Assembly: GCA_040437565.1 (NCBI GenBank)
Contig: JBDOQK010000015.1
Coordinates: 124,001 to 188,000 of the forward strand
Reading direction: 5' to 3'
Length of the DNA: 64,000 bases
Source: Albugo candida
Taxonomy: Eukaryota
How positions within the stretch are numbered: the stretch's first letter is position 1; each line of letters begins with the position of its first letter. This document shows, in pieces, positions 1 through 12,544 of the stretch. Under the pieces are notes generated by a model. The model searched no databases and was not told the DNA's origin. It saw only the letters and a list, made by a program, of their open reading frames with translations. A program made the position numbers and the translations under genes.

Positions 1-13
1 TATCAAGTGAACT

Positions 14-1228
14 TCAGACGCTGGCAGCTTCCAGAGCTTGCCTCAAATCTTCAACGATATCCACCTCATGTTCTATTCCCACTGAAAGCCGAATCAAATT
101 GTCCGAAATTCCCAACTTTTGACGTTTCTCAAGCGGAATAGATGCGTGAGTCATGATTGCTGGAGACTCGGCGAGTGATTCAACTGCTCCCAGACTTTCT
201 GCAAGAGTGAATATCTTGAGTTTCTCGAGAAAGATACGCGCTTGTTCTATCCCTCCTTTGATGTAGAAGGTGATCATCCCACCAAAGCCTTTCGCTTGTT
301 TCTTTGCAATCTCATGCTGAGGATGAGAAGGAAGACCAGGATAATACACTTTTTCAACGTTTTGATGACATTCGAGAAATTCGGCTACAATCTGTGCATT
401 CTTCGCGTGCGCTTCCATGCGCACATGCAACGTCTTCAACCCTCGTAGTGCCAAATACGAATCAAATGGCGATGGAACAGCTCCAAGCCCGTTCTGAATG
501 AAACGGAGTCTTGCATTAATTTCAGCATCGTTCGTAATGATGACACCCATAACTACATCGCTGTGGCCATTAATGTACTTTGTGACGCTATGTACGACAA
601 TATCTGCTCCTAAATCCAGTGGATTTTGAAAATAAGGCGACATGAACGTATTATCAACCACAAGGAGCACTTTCCACTTTTTTGCGATTGCCGCAATAGC
701 CTGAATATCTGAAATTTTGAGTGTCGGATTGGTTGGGCTTTCGACCCAAATCATTTTGGTATTCTTAACGACGCGAGTATCTACTGCCACAGAATCGGTC
801 GTATCGATAAAATCAAACGACATCCCATAATTTACGGCTGCGATTTTGTCAAAATAGCGTCGAGTGCCGCCGTAAACGTCATCACTGCAAATAACCTCAT
901 CACCACCCTTTAACAAATGAATTACAGCTGTGATGGCAGCCATTCCTGAGGAGAAAGCTACTGCAAATTTTCCATTCTCAGTTGCAGCTATAGCTCGTTC
1001 AAAAGAACCTCGTGTTGGATTTCCAGTTCGAGAGTATTCCCACCCATTTCCAAAACTAGTTGCGTCGTCTAATCCTTTTTTCACGCCAGGCGATGCTTGT
1101 GCAAAAGTTGTTGCAAGACTGATTGGGGTTGTTACTGCACCAGTCGATGCGTAAGGTTCCTGACCAGCATGGATGGCGACTGTGCCAAAGTTTTTGGACG
1201 TAAAATGGGGTTCCGTTGAGCCACGCAT
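14..1228 (-). CDS. CTH: Cystathionine gamma-lyase (PLP-dependent trans-sulfuration enzyme)
   Basis: Intronless 404-aa ORF with YSRTGNPT, SSGMAAI, DDVYGGT, ESPTNPTL, VDNTF, the PLP lysine motif HSVTKYINGHSD, AESLG and IRLSVGIE. Confidence 0.95.
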   Translation of the reverse strand: MRGSTEPHFTSKNFGTVAIHAGQEPYASTGAVTTPISLATTFAQASPGVKKGLDDATSFGNGWEYSRTGNPTRGSFERAIAATENGKFAVAFSSGMAAITAVIHLLKGGDEVICSDDVYGGTRRYFDKIAAVNYGMSFDFIDTTDSVAVDTRVVKNTKMIWVESPTNPTLKISDIQAIAAIAKKWKVLLVVDNTFMSPYFQNPLDLGADIVVHSVTKYINGHSDVVMGVIITNDAEINARLRFIQNGLGAVPSPFDSYLALRGLKTLHVRMEAHAKNAQIVAEFLECHQNVEKVYYPGLPSHPQHEIAKKQAKGFGGMITFYIKGGIEQARIFLEKLKIFTLAESLGAVESLAESPAIMTHASIPLEKRQKLGISDNLIRLSVGIEHEVDIVEDLRQALEAASV

Positions 1229-1349
1229 TTCCTCAAGTGGTGATTCTTAATTCTTTTACGGTTGTGTGTAAATTATGTGTCGTGTCTTCATTGGATATTA
1301 ACGATACTGTCGATATATGCGTTTTGACAGGCTGCTGAAAAGCATTAAA

Positions 1350-2905
1350 ATGAAATCTGAAAAAAAAAGCAAGCAAAAGCGCAAAGAAGCGCACTCGAAT
1401 GACCACCAAAGGAAAAAACAAAAGAAATCATTGAAGCATCACCGAGAACCAGATTTTCCAGTACTTTTGATGATACAAATTTCATCTCCAATCTTATCCG
1501 CATATTGACATAGAATGCTGTCAAATTGATCCGTGGGTTGTTGGTGGAGTACCCACAATTGCTTTCGGATATCGTAAAGATACTTCAGTTATTGGATGAC
1601 GGGAAGGCTGCAATTATCTCCGGAATTAAGGTGCATTTAATCGGATCTAATAAGGCTATCTTATTCGTATTATTTGAATCAGAATAAAAGCATCCGATCT
1701 CAACTCAAAAAGCTGCTTCCCTTATTGGGAGTGCAGAAGGTTAAATGATACTGTAAGAACGAAAGATGCAATCTCATCAGCAGGCAATTTTAGATGGATG
1801 ATGTCAAAGGAGCGTACGTAAAACCCGAAGTCATGAAGGATATTGAGCTGGTTACAAGCATACAAAGTATCTTACTCGAGGTTTGTACTGAGAAGATTCA
1901 CTTCTCGATTATCGCTTGTAAAATTTATTGAAGGAAGCGAGTGAAAGCCAGATGGCTTCAAAATCCACACTAGAGCCGCACTCCGCGCCACAAAAGAGAG
2001 ATGAGAAGGCCGCAACCTTTGTTGGCCCACTTTTACCACCCACTGGTCTTCCAGCGACAGCTTTGGTCGATAACGTGGGTAGTGACGAAGAAGTTATCGG
2101 ACCTTCGTTACCAGGAACAAAAGGTTTTCGTAATCCGGATTCAAGAATAGAGAAGAGGATGAAGAAAATGGAGCAACAATTGGCGAAAAGTAAGGAGAAG
2201 TCTCCAGCGTTAAAGCGGGAAGAATGGATGACGACAATGCCGGAGAATTCGATGTTACAAAATACTTTTGCTTCCAATGAAGCTACACGAGGAAAAGCAG
2301 CCACATTTCGAAAGTACAAAAGTTTTATTCTGTAATTTCAACTCGATTATTGATTCGACTGATTTGTAGAAAGGATCCAGCACCTGTTGATCGTACTTGG
2401 TTTGATGATCCAGATGAAAGGGATCGTTCAAATCGAGCCAAAATGGACATGTGAGCAAACTCTCGCGTTTGACTAAGTACTCACATAACAACATGGTAGG
2501 GAGCTACTCGGCTACGTGAGACCAGAGAATGATACAGGATCATCCAGCGAGGTGATGCCAGAGATTGTGAAGACAGGAGGACACGCAGAGGATGAGAGCT
2601 CAAAGCAACAAATGGACATGTTGCAACTAAGACGTGGTCCTTCTTTACTTGAGCAACATCAAAAGGCGGTTGCAGAACAGCGTTCGAATATCAATAACAA
2701 AGGCCCAAAACGATGGAACAGGTATATGAGTTGTAATTGGTTTCATCTGTTACCTTTGTAATCTGTGTGTCTTGGTGCTCTCAGAGAACGGGATTTGGTT
2801 GACGGTAGGAGATTGAATAGAAGACAGGCCGAAGAAATCATTGACGCATCAAAGAGCATCAGTTCCAAATTCACAAGTCCGACAGTTGCACGTCAATTTT
2901 TATGA
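1350..2905 (+). CDS. GPALPP1: GPALPP-motif / DUF3752-like protein, multi-exon
   Basis: Lys-rich start, then GPLLPP and IGPSLPG motifs, REEWMTTMP, RRGPSLLEQHQ, a spliced RWNR/ERDL and C-terminal SKFTSPTVARQFL*. Several GT-AG introns; boundaries approximate. Confidence 0.75.
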
Positions 2906-3871
2906 ATTCTCTCCCAATTCTCGTTGGAGTGCTTCTAATGCCAGAAAAAAAAATCCAATGCTGATGACGACACGAATGCCAAAACAGGTGAATAATGGCT
3001 GCTTTTGACTCGGCAAAGCTTTATTTCTAATAGTTTGAGGCTTATCGTCATATAGCTTGCCCACAGCTTTGTGCATCATATTCATATCGAATTGCATCCG
3101 CGATTGACTTCGTTTTATTTCTTCTCTTTTGGCTCGTTCCAAATCGCACATTTGGCTTTGTAAACGTTCCCTTAATACATTATCGTCACCTTCATCTTTA
3201 TTTATTCGTAAAGCCTTCACAAGATCGCAACTATTCATTCCATATCTCAAAATCAAAACAATTCAACACGACTGATTGACAATTACCGAGCAATGTGGAA
3301 CTGATTCAATCTCACTAAAGCTTTGGCTCGTTGCTGCAATGCTTTTACATGTGTCGACTTTAATGCCAGCGCGTTATCACACATCAATTTTGCTTTGTGC
3401 CATTGCTACACTTCAAAAAGCAATTTTCACTTGACTAAAGATGAACCAGGATCCGCATACCTTGGTCATGAGCATACACGCAGCCAGGTTGCATGTGAGT
3501 TGTAGCTGGTAATGTATCATCCAACTTGCTGCTGGTTTGGCATTAGTCATGCCTGTCAGAGCTTGTAGATATATATCAGCAGCTCGGAGGTACTCCTTTC
3601 TATCAAAAGCTTCATTTCCGAGCTTTTTTTGCTCTCGCATCCAAATTTCCCGCTCTTCATCATTTTGCAGTCGAGATACCTCCATCGCACTGTGCCGTAT
3701 CTTAGCTTTTGTGTCCAAATACGCGACTTCTTGGGGTGTAATATCCATTAAGATACCATTATCTACCTTCTTTTTAAGTGTCACATTGTTGAGATTCGTG
3801 CAACCATCCTCCATTCCCATCGATTTGTTGATGTTATCCAGCATTTTAGTCACTGTAAACGCTTCCGACAT
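2900..3871 (-). CDS. TPR-repeat protein with a possible C-terminal membrane anchor, multi-exon
   Basis: KKLGNEAFDRKEYLRAADIYLQAL and LTCNLAACML are TPR motifs; the next exon reads WHKAKLMCDNALALKSTHVKALQQRAKA; hydrophobic tail IRVVISIGFFFLAL. Confidence 0.8.
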
Positions 3872-3977
3872 GCTTGAAATTCCTCAAAGGTCACAAGCAC
3901 ACAGCATGTTGATTTGTCAAAATACCACTATTTCGAGCGTACAGTCATGACAATTGGTTGAAAACGAAGCACAACTT

Positions 3978-5656
3978 ATGATGGCGTCCATGGCCTTTAA
4001 TGTGCGACTATCCGGACGGCATGCGATCCACAGAATTGCTACACGAACAATGGCAACGCGTAGCTTACCATACTTGTACAACAAGAAAAGTAAAATTGAC
4101 TGCCTATTGAGTAATCGAAATTGTGTATTATTGACGCAACGATCGCAACGAGGATTCCATGCACCCAGTTCTAGTCTCAAATGCCTTGCCTTATCTCAAG
4201 TAAGACACCGTCATACAGACTATCAAGTCTGAATAGTCTTTCTTTATAGGCAGTGATATTAGAGGATTCATTCCTTGAACGCTTGCGTCATTGGATTCAT
4301 ACTCTGCTACACTTGTGGAAGCTTCTTGCACTAGCAACTCCCGTTGTGCTAACTGCACCTCTAGCATTGCTGAGTAGCTCATTCGCTCCAAGTTTGGAAG
4401 AGACTTGGTGGGATCTAGCCGTTCATTTCGCTCAATTTTCATCTCCAACGCTGATCAAATTCATGCAGTGGGCAAGTAGTCGTCGCGATATGTTTCCAGC
4501 ATCATTCTGTGATCATTTCCAAAAATTCCATGAAAAAGTACCCGAACACTCGTGGAAATTCACAGAACATACTCTGAATGAGGCATTTGGAAGAGAATGG
4601 AGTGAAGTTCTGGAAATAGAAAAAGAATCCATCGGCTCGGGTTGCATCGCACAAGTATATCGGGGAAAGCTCAAGTCGGATGGTCGCTTGGTAGCCGTAA
4701 AAGTCATTCACCCCAACGTCAAACGAATGGTTGAAATAGATCTCGGCTTGATGCAGAGTCTGGTTTCTTTTCTAGATATATTTCCTTTATTACGATGGGT
4801 CGGAGCAAGAGAAAGCGTGGCTGAATTCTCAAATGCCATGCTTCGACAGCTCAACCTGAGAACTGAAGCGGAGAGCTTGGAACACTTTCGAAGGAATTTT
4901 GCAGGTCGAAATGGTATTCGATTTCCAAAGCCGTACATGGAATACTCATCGGAAAATGTGCTACTGGAAAGCTTGGAAGAAGGCGTTCATTTCCATGACT
5001 TTGTCGCAACATGCATAGATGTGAAAAAGAAGAAAATGTTTGCACGAGTGATTCTGGATTCGTATCTGAAAATGGTGTTCCTTGATAATTTTGCGCATGG
5101 CGATTTGCACCCTGGAAATCTTTTGTTCGACCTTGCAGATGACTCCGCAAATCGGACGAACAAACACACCGAATGCGTAGTTGCAGTGGATGCAGGCATT
5201 GTGACCCGGCTAGAGCAAAAGGATTTGCATAATTTTGTTCAAGTTTTTCATGCGGTTGTCACGGGTAATGGGCATCTGGCTGGCGAGCTTATTGTCTCTC
5301 AAAGTAAGCCAACAATTATAACATCAACGAATGGGGAACGTGTTGAACAACGGTGCAAGAATATCCAAGCATTTTGTGAAGGAATGAATGAAATTGTTTC
5401 AGAGGCTCTGCATTGGAATTTAGGCATTCGTAAAGTTCACGTCGGCAAGTTGTTGAAACGAGTGATGGAGCTATGCTGCGAACAAGAAGTACATTTAGAC
5501 GGGAAGTATGCGTCTATTGTTATCTCCATAGCAGTATTAGAGTCCATTGGAAGAGTTTTGGACCCTGATATCGACGTGTTATCGGCGGCACTTCCAATCA
5601 TCCTACAGTCCAAGCTTCGCCTGCATAGTGGTCGCGTAGTTGGTAACGAAGGGTGA
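3978..5656 (+). CDS. ABC1/UbiB atypical kinase (ADCK2-like), probably mitochondrial
   Basis: IKFMQWASSRRDMFP, GSGCIAQVY, VAVKVIHP, NFAHGDLHPGN and DAGIV motifs; Arg/Ser-rich targeting-like N-terminal exon; intron about 4201-4249. Confidence 0.9.
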
Positions 5657-5665
5657 GAATAGAAG

Positions 5666-6871
5666 TCAATTATTATTTTTGCCTACCTTATCATTCGCTG
5701 CGGACTCGTGAGCGACTTCAAACAATTGGCTTCCAACGAGCGCACAATTCAAGCGATGCGCTAATTCCAAAGGCGTCTCATTTGTGTCAAAAATCTTTAT
5801 GCGTGTGTCAGCTTTGTATCTTAACAAGACTCCTGCACTGAGCGCCGCATCCTTGGCTGTTGCTGATGGACACAAGTTGAATGGAGCAATCTACAATAAG
5901 GTAAAAAAGCACTTGCCGTAATGCAATGCCGACCAGCCCTCATTCTGAGAATAATAGAAGAGTAAGCCGACGTATAACGAGCTATAATACTCACATCCGT
6001 CTCATTCACGTGTGCTCCCATTTGGAGCAAGATATCGACAATTCTTGAATGATTTTCCCCAGCAGCCTAATTACGTTCCCATAGCTTCGTTTCGCGAGAC
6101 CACAAGATAAGAATTAATGCGTACCAGCATTAAAGGCGTCGTGCCGTTTTTCTACCACGATTAGCGACCAGCTGACATTAATGAAGAAACTTGTTATTTC
6201 AGCTAACTCGACTGACATCTTTGCGATTTTGTGTTATTTCAAGTGCAGGAGCCTGAATCAATATCGACTTGACAATTCTCTCATAGCCTCCAAGCGCAGC
6301 ATAATGCAATGGTGTCCATCCCATCTCCTTCTACTGAACATTCTTCGACTTTGTTATTTTTGATAGATGAATGGTTTCACTTACATCGGCCTCATCGACC
6401 AAAGCTTGCTGCTGGAGCAGGAATCGCACCGCGTCACCGGCTCCCTGTTTACACGAAAAGGAGATTGGCAAGTGAGAGCAACTTCGTATTTCTTACAGAG
6501 TGGCAAGCATAATGAAGCGCTGTTCGACCTAGTTCCTAGGGCACACTCTCATAAAAAGACTGTAATGTAAAGTATCTCCAAATCATTACGTCTTTTGCAT
6601 TTATGTTTTGCTGGTGCTTGAGCAGATCCTGCTCGAGATATGTCACATCGTCAAGCTTGGCTATGAGGACAAGCACGTGAGTTTTACATCGAAAAGCAGC
6701 ATCTTTGGCACTACCATGAATGTGGAAGAGAATCGTTTTGCGGTACAGATCAAGTCGATTCTTGAGAGTGTTTCCAGTGTAATCACTTAATACAGCTGCA
6801 TTTCTACCACGTTTTAATTGTTCAGATCGTGATAGCTCCATAAACAAAAGTTCATTCTCTGCATTTTTCAT
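5666..6871 (-). CDS. Ankyrin-repeat protein, multi-exon (5' part re-read at 7140-7872 in the duplicated overlap)
   Basis: Exon fragments NINAKD/ELGRTALHYAC, GAGDAVRFLLQQQALVDEAD, GENHSRIVDILLQMGAHVNETD and VLLRYKADTRIK...ETPLELA. Confidence 0.75.
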
Positions 6872-8040
6872 AGTCTTAGTGATGCTGTAAGGGTCGTCTA
6901 TTCTCAATTCGTATTCGCTCAGGATGGATTTATTTCAGGAACTTATTGTTTGATCAAAGCTGATGTATCGCTACCGAAGGCTTTCAAGAGCTTGGTTGAG
7001 ACGTTCTATCGCGAGTTGGGTGTCTTTAGCCTATGAAATNNNNNNNNNNNNNNNNNNNNNNNNNNNNNNNNNNNNNNNNNNNNNNNNNNNNNNNNNNNNN
7101 NNNNNNNNNNNNNNNNNNNNNNNNNNNNNNNNNNNNNNNTCGTGCCGTTTTTCTACCACGATTAGCGACCAGCTGACATTAATGAAGAAACTTGTTATTT
7201 CAGCTAACTCGACTGACATCTTTGCGATTTTGTGTTATTTCAAGTGCAGGAGCCTGAATCAATATCGACTTGACAATTCTCTCATAGCCTCCAAGCGCAG
7301 CATAATGCAATGGTGTCCATCCCATCTCCTTCTACTGAACATTCTTCGACTTTGTTATTTTTGATAGATGAATGGTTTCACTTACATCGGCCTCATCGAC
7401 CAAAGCTTGCTGCTGGAGCAGGAATCGCACCGCGTCACCGGCTCCCTGTTTACACGAAAAGGAGATTGGCAAGTGAGAGCAACTTCGTATTTCTTACAGA
7501 GTGGCAAGCATAATGAAGCGCTGTTCGACCTAGTTCCTAGGGCACACTCTCATAAAAAGACTGTAATGTAAAGTATCTCCAAATCATTACGTCTTTTGCA
7601 TTTATGTTTTGCTGGTGCTTGAGCAGATCCTGCTCGAGATATGTCACATCGTCAAGCTTGGCTATGAGGACAAGCACGTGAGTTTTACATCGAAAAGCAG
7701 CATCTTTGGCACTACCATGAATGTGGAAGAGAATCGTTTTGCGGTACAGATCAAGTCGATTCTTGAGAGTGTTTCCAGTGTAATCACTTAATACAGCTGC
7801 ATTTCTACCACGTTTTAATTGTTCAGATCGTGATAGCTCCATAAACAAAAGTTCATTCTCTGCATTTTTCATAGTCTTAGTGATGCTGTAAGGGTCGTCT
7901 ATTCTCAATTCGTATTCGCTCAGGATGGATTTATTTCAGGAACTTATTGTTTGATCAAAGCTGATGTATCGCTACCGAAGGCTTTCAAGAGCTTGGTTGA
8001 GACGTTCTATCGCGAGTTGGGTGTCTTTAGCCTATGAAAT
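6139..8040. repeat. Gap-flanking direct duplication (6139-7039 = 7140-8040), likely unmerged contig overlap
   Basis: About 900 bp, apparently identical, on both sides of a 100-N gap; duplicates parts of two genes. Confidence 0.9.
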
Positions 8041-9089
8041 CAATAACAGATTATTTCAGTGCCATCAACCCAAGATGACTAACCACAGAACCTTTAATGA
8101 AGCAATAGCGAATTTCGCTAGCTCAATCGCATCATTTATTTGATTCTCAGAGACGTCATTAATAGTTGCGCGATTCTTTTCGGGTGCCGAAGACTGATGA
8201 TTTGTATTGTGGTCCAGTTTGTTTATGGTATCCGCCGGCAAAGGTGGTTCAGGCATGGAATGATCTGTGCTTATGGACCGATTTGATCCTGTTACAGGTA
8301 AATGAGCTCTGTTTGCCGTAGCTGGTGGAGGTGGATTTGCTATCTGTCGGATCGATATTGGATATACAGCGCAGTAGTTTTCAATAGCCGTACCTGTTCT
8401 TTGGTATTATGAACAGCATTTTCGTCAGCCGTCACCGTTTGAACAGGTCTTTGGTTGAGCTCCTTAAGAATCGTTGCTGCACGATATTTGCAATATTTTC
8501 GCTTTTCCAAAAGCTGCAACAAATCCACGTATCTCACACGTATCTATTCCTCCGCTGTCACCACTTACATCTTCCTCAAGTTCTCCAAATTGACTTAATA
8601 TATCGAAAAAAGTGCCTGCAGCATAGTATGTTCGGGCTGTATTTCTAATGCTCAAAGCGTCAATATCCACGTCCCGTAGACAAGTAGAATGTTAACTTAC
8701 TTTGACAACTGGTTTGCATTTTCCTCTTCTTCTGCTTTTGAAAAAACCTCCAGCGCAAAGTTCAGGCAAATTGTCTAGCACAGTATAAGCATTTATTGTG
8801 AGCATGTAATCTCATGAATAAGGCCGCATCCGACTTTTCCTTCTTCTTGAGAGTGCTGCGGAAGCTGTGCCTTATCGCGTTCCAGTCGATCCATCAATCC
8901 TAACAAATATTCTGTTGCTTCCGATGAGGAATCATTCTCTCGTAGTTTTATCCCCATTTCCATAGCATACTGTCTGCAGAAAAAAGCGATTATTTTGGAA
9001 TCCTGGCGCGAATCATCTCGTTCTAGCTCATCCGCACGGCGTAGATAGGGTAGAATACTCTTAAATGTCAATGGAAGTTGTTCTGCCAT
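7972..9089 (-). CDS. VTA1: Vta1/LIP5 (ESCRT VPS4 regulator), multi-exon
   Basis: N-terminal MIT region (ILPYLRRADELE, IAFFCRQYAMEMG, NTARTYYAAGTFFDIL, KRKYCKYRAA) and C-terminal VSL (DAIELAKFAIASL/KDTQLAIERLNQAL). Confidence 0.9.
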
Positions 9090-9251
9090 TAATGCTCAAC
9101 TATCAAGCAAAAGTATTGATATAAAATGTTCATTATCGAGTCAACGAATCGGATTGCAAGAAAATGAGCTCGAAGCGGTGAAAATAATCGACAAAACGGG
9201 AAATTGAAAGCAGTCTATTTGGAGGAACTCCTATGCTTGTACATGTCGATA

Positions 9252-10433
9252 TTACCTTCTGTGGCGTTTATAGCCTTGTCTGCGACGACTTTGGTGACGA
9301 TCGCTCGAACTATATGGGAATGCGAGATTCTGTGAGCGCTGATGATAGTCTCTGACAATGCAAGTACCTTTTCCTTCGATAGCGCGAGTAAGTCTTTGAT
9401 CTAGATCTTGAACGGGAACTATGGCTGGAGCACGAACTCGAACTCGAGCTTGACTTTTGGCTGACGGTCGAGCTGGCACTGGAGCTGGAGCTGGAGGTAG
9501 AGCTGGAGCTGGAGCTTGAATCTCTCCGACGATGTTTTCTCTTACGTGATCGCCTATCTACGGATCTTCGGTNNNNNNNNNNNNNNNNNNNNNNNNNNNN
9601 NNNNNNNNNNNNNNNNNNNNNNNNNNNNNNNNNNNNNNNNNNNNNNNNNNNNNNNNNNNNNNNNNNNNNNNNCGAACTCGAACTCGAGCTTGACTTTTGG
9701 CTGACGGTCGAGCTGGCACTGGAGCTGGAGCTGGAGGTAGAGCTGGAGCTGGAGCTTGAATCTCTCCGACGATGATTTCTCTTACGTGATCGCCTATCTA
9801 CGGATCTTCGGTCATGCGACGCTCTTTGACGAATTTCTTCACGAATTCTCTCCTTATCTTCAACTTGAGGTGTATCTTTCCTTGCTTTTTGTTCTGTCTC
9901 CCGCTTCTTTTGTAACACACTTCGCACTCTTTCCCTTTCGATTGCTTGCTTCTCCAATTCTTTTCTCTTCTTTTCCAATATAGCGGGCGAAATCCCTGTC
10001 GGATGTGATTGGGCGCTTAGTAGTAATTCCCAAAGCTCTTGCATGAACGATGCCGCATCTTTTTCCAAAAATCCCGCTAGTGCTAATTGCATTTCTCGTG
10101 GATTCACTGGCTCGTCGACTTTTGTTTCCAAGAGATTGATTGTCATTGATATCACAATCTCATCCTCGAACCCGAGTATCGATGTGATTCTTTCTGCAAT
10201 CCATTGATTGATCACTTCGATCTTGACCTTATTTAAATCGACTTTGTCATCAAAACATTTCGGAAATTTGAGTTTTGCCAGCAGCTTTTTGTTTTGGTTA
10301 AAGTACCGACTATCCTGCTCTGCGCTTGTTCCCTAAAAGAAAGAGGTTTGTGTCAGCACATTTAAAAGAACGTCCACACCCACTATGCCACAGTAAAGCA
10401 TCCTCTTACTCGAAAGAATCCACCATTTGACAT
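9252..10433 (-). CDS. SRRM1: PWI-domain SR-related splicing factor (SRm160/SRRM1-like)
   Basis: Spliced MSNGGFFR/GTSAEQDSRY, KFPKCFDDKVDLNKV, QWIAERITSILGFEDE, LAGFLEKDAASFMQELWELLLSAQ, then an RS/Ser-rich tail. A gap duplication lies inside; the 3' end is uncertain (9310 or 9252). Confidence 0.9.
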
Positions 10434-10651
10434 TATGACCTCTTCGCAAACAACACACTACAGTTCCTCGCAGAAAGGGGCAGCTACGGTCGTCATGCAA
10501 TCGAGTATGCATCTAAATGATTATTTGTATATTACGTAACGCACAGACTTCACTTGGTGAATCTCAGATTCGTTGAGAAGAATGCGATGTGTGGTGCAAT
10601 CGTATGCTCAAAAAGAGGATTGACTGCTCGTAAATGACTACAAGCAGCGGC

Positions 10652-12486
10652 TTATGGTGCGCCATTCGCCTCACCAAAGTCGTTCTCGTTGAATACGGGT
10701 ACCTGCTCGAATATCCGCGATTTGAACGCTCTTGTATGTTTCTTTGCATTTGCAACAGCGTGCGGGGGAGTTGGGCTCGGTTTCTTCTTGGTCAGCGGCG
10801 ATACCGATGAGGGCGATTTGGTCAGTTTGGGTCCCTGGACCTTTTTCTGCCCTTTGGACTTGACTGATTTATTGAGCAAGCGGAGTGTCTGTATGTCCAT
10901 GACATCGTCGGGAAATTTCGTCAATATCTTGATACCGCAGTATAAGTGTTAGTGAACTCAGATCACCAAAAGCGTAGTGAAGTTGATTCTTACTCTGTTG
11001 AAAATCTTGTTCCTTTCTTGTCGGATATTCAAAGGGGCGTAATCCTGAACTTTGAGAGATTTTTTGTCCTCGTTTTTCAGCATTTGTCTTTAGAGAAAAC
11101 GGCAGTTCTCCAAAAGGATAATGATATGGTAAAAATACCTGTATTCATTCTCTTTCGTGATCCATACGTCCAGCTCGCATATGATCTTATGTACTTGGAA
11201 CGCGATCGAACCGTCATTTTTGACGGCTACCAGACGTAATGCGGCGTGAGCAATATGAAGCTTTCAACAAGATCACATCACCTTCTCGAACGATCTGTGC
11301 AGGCTTCTCTGGACTCGTAATTGTCAGTACTACGTTGTCAATCTAAATAGTAGATCATGATCAGTTTGACCAGCAAATTTGCATCATTTTTGTAAAAGAC
11401 GTACTAATTGCGGTAAACTTTCGATGCTGTTATCAACCACGTCTTTAGCCTCTCTGGCCAAGTCTCTTCCTTCTAGTCGAAGCATATTTGACTAACAAAC
11501 AACGTAAGCTTCAATCACGGCTGAAATGGCAGTCGCAAACCTTTAAATACTGCTTTGTGAATGGAAGAAATGCCATCAAAGTAGCGAAATATCCATTGAC
11601 TCTCCAGTTATTCGGATGTGATTCAACCACAACTTTGTCAACCGCGCGTAATTTATCATCCAAATTACGTGGAAAAACTTTACTCATTGGCGCCACTATT
11701 CGAACAAAAATTCACGTAAAATTGAAGAGAAAAATGTAGAGCTTACACTTGGCGGCTGCTTCACGTAACTCCTGCAAGCTTTTCTGAATATTCTCTCCAG
11801 GTCGCCAGTCACTGGCGGCTTCAGCCCATTCGTCCAAAAATGCTTTAACTGCTTTCGAAGACTCACAAACACTTTTCTTCGGTTTTTTACTTTTCCGATT
11901 TGTCGTGCCGAATACTTTCTTTTCCGTTTTCTCACTATAATTTACGAGCTGATTGAGAGCCGTAAAAATCAGGACAAAAATGTAACCTTTCTTTTCGCTC
12001 GACTGTCTCGATTTCATCGCCAGCATTCACAAAGAAACCAGAGTGTTTGGTAACCACATTTTTCTGTCCATGCAATTCTTCTATATTCTGTTGCAATTCT
12101 ACATCGTCAATAAAGGAATCCTCCGAGTCGTACAAATCGTCATCTTCTCCTCCATCTTCTTCGTCGTCTTCATGCTCAGAATCTGTATCCGCCTGAGCTG
12201 AATGACTTTCGGTATTGTCATACGCGACTAGAGTACCACCGCCGTATCGTTTTTCGAGTCGCTCAATGATATTGTAACGATGCGGCTTTGGCGTGGATTC
12301 TCTTTGCGCTTCAGTCAGCTGCATAGGCAGCGTTTCGACGCTTAATTTATTGTCAGAAGCTGCAGAGGAATCTTCAGCATTGATTGAATCAGTTGCACCA
12401 TTCTCTTCTAGATGTTTTTGCAAACACTTTCTGTAGCTGATTTCGCATGGTGTTGTTGGATCAAGCGGAACATAAAATGCCGACAT
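10652..12486 (-). CDS. Ubinuclein/HPC2-like HUN-domain protein (HIRA histone chaperone subunit)
   Basis: NIIERLEKRYG, YDSEDSFIDD and TKHSGFFVNAG (HUN/HRD signature), followed by a UBN_AB-like region FPRNLDDKL...LMAFLPF; multi-exon. Confidence 0.75.
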
Positions 12487-12544
12487 GAGACTGATACTAG
12501 ATTCATGTCCATCACACTAAAGATAGCCCAAGACACATTGCGTC

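Noticed and set aside
6139..8040. Apparent tandem duplication of the ankyrin gene
   Set aside because: Identical copies abut a 100-N gap and cut genes mid-way; best explained as an assembly overlap
9420..9760. GAGCTG hexamer repeats
   Set aside because: They encode the poly-Ser/RS tract of SRRM1; not a CRISPR array or satellite
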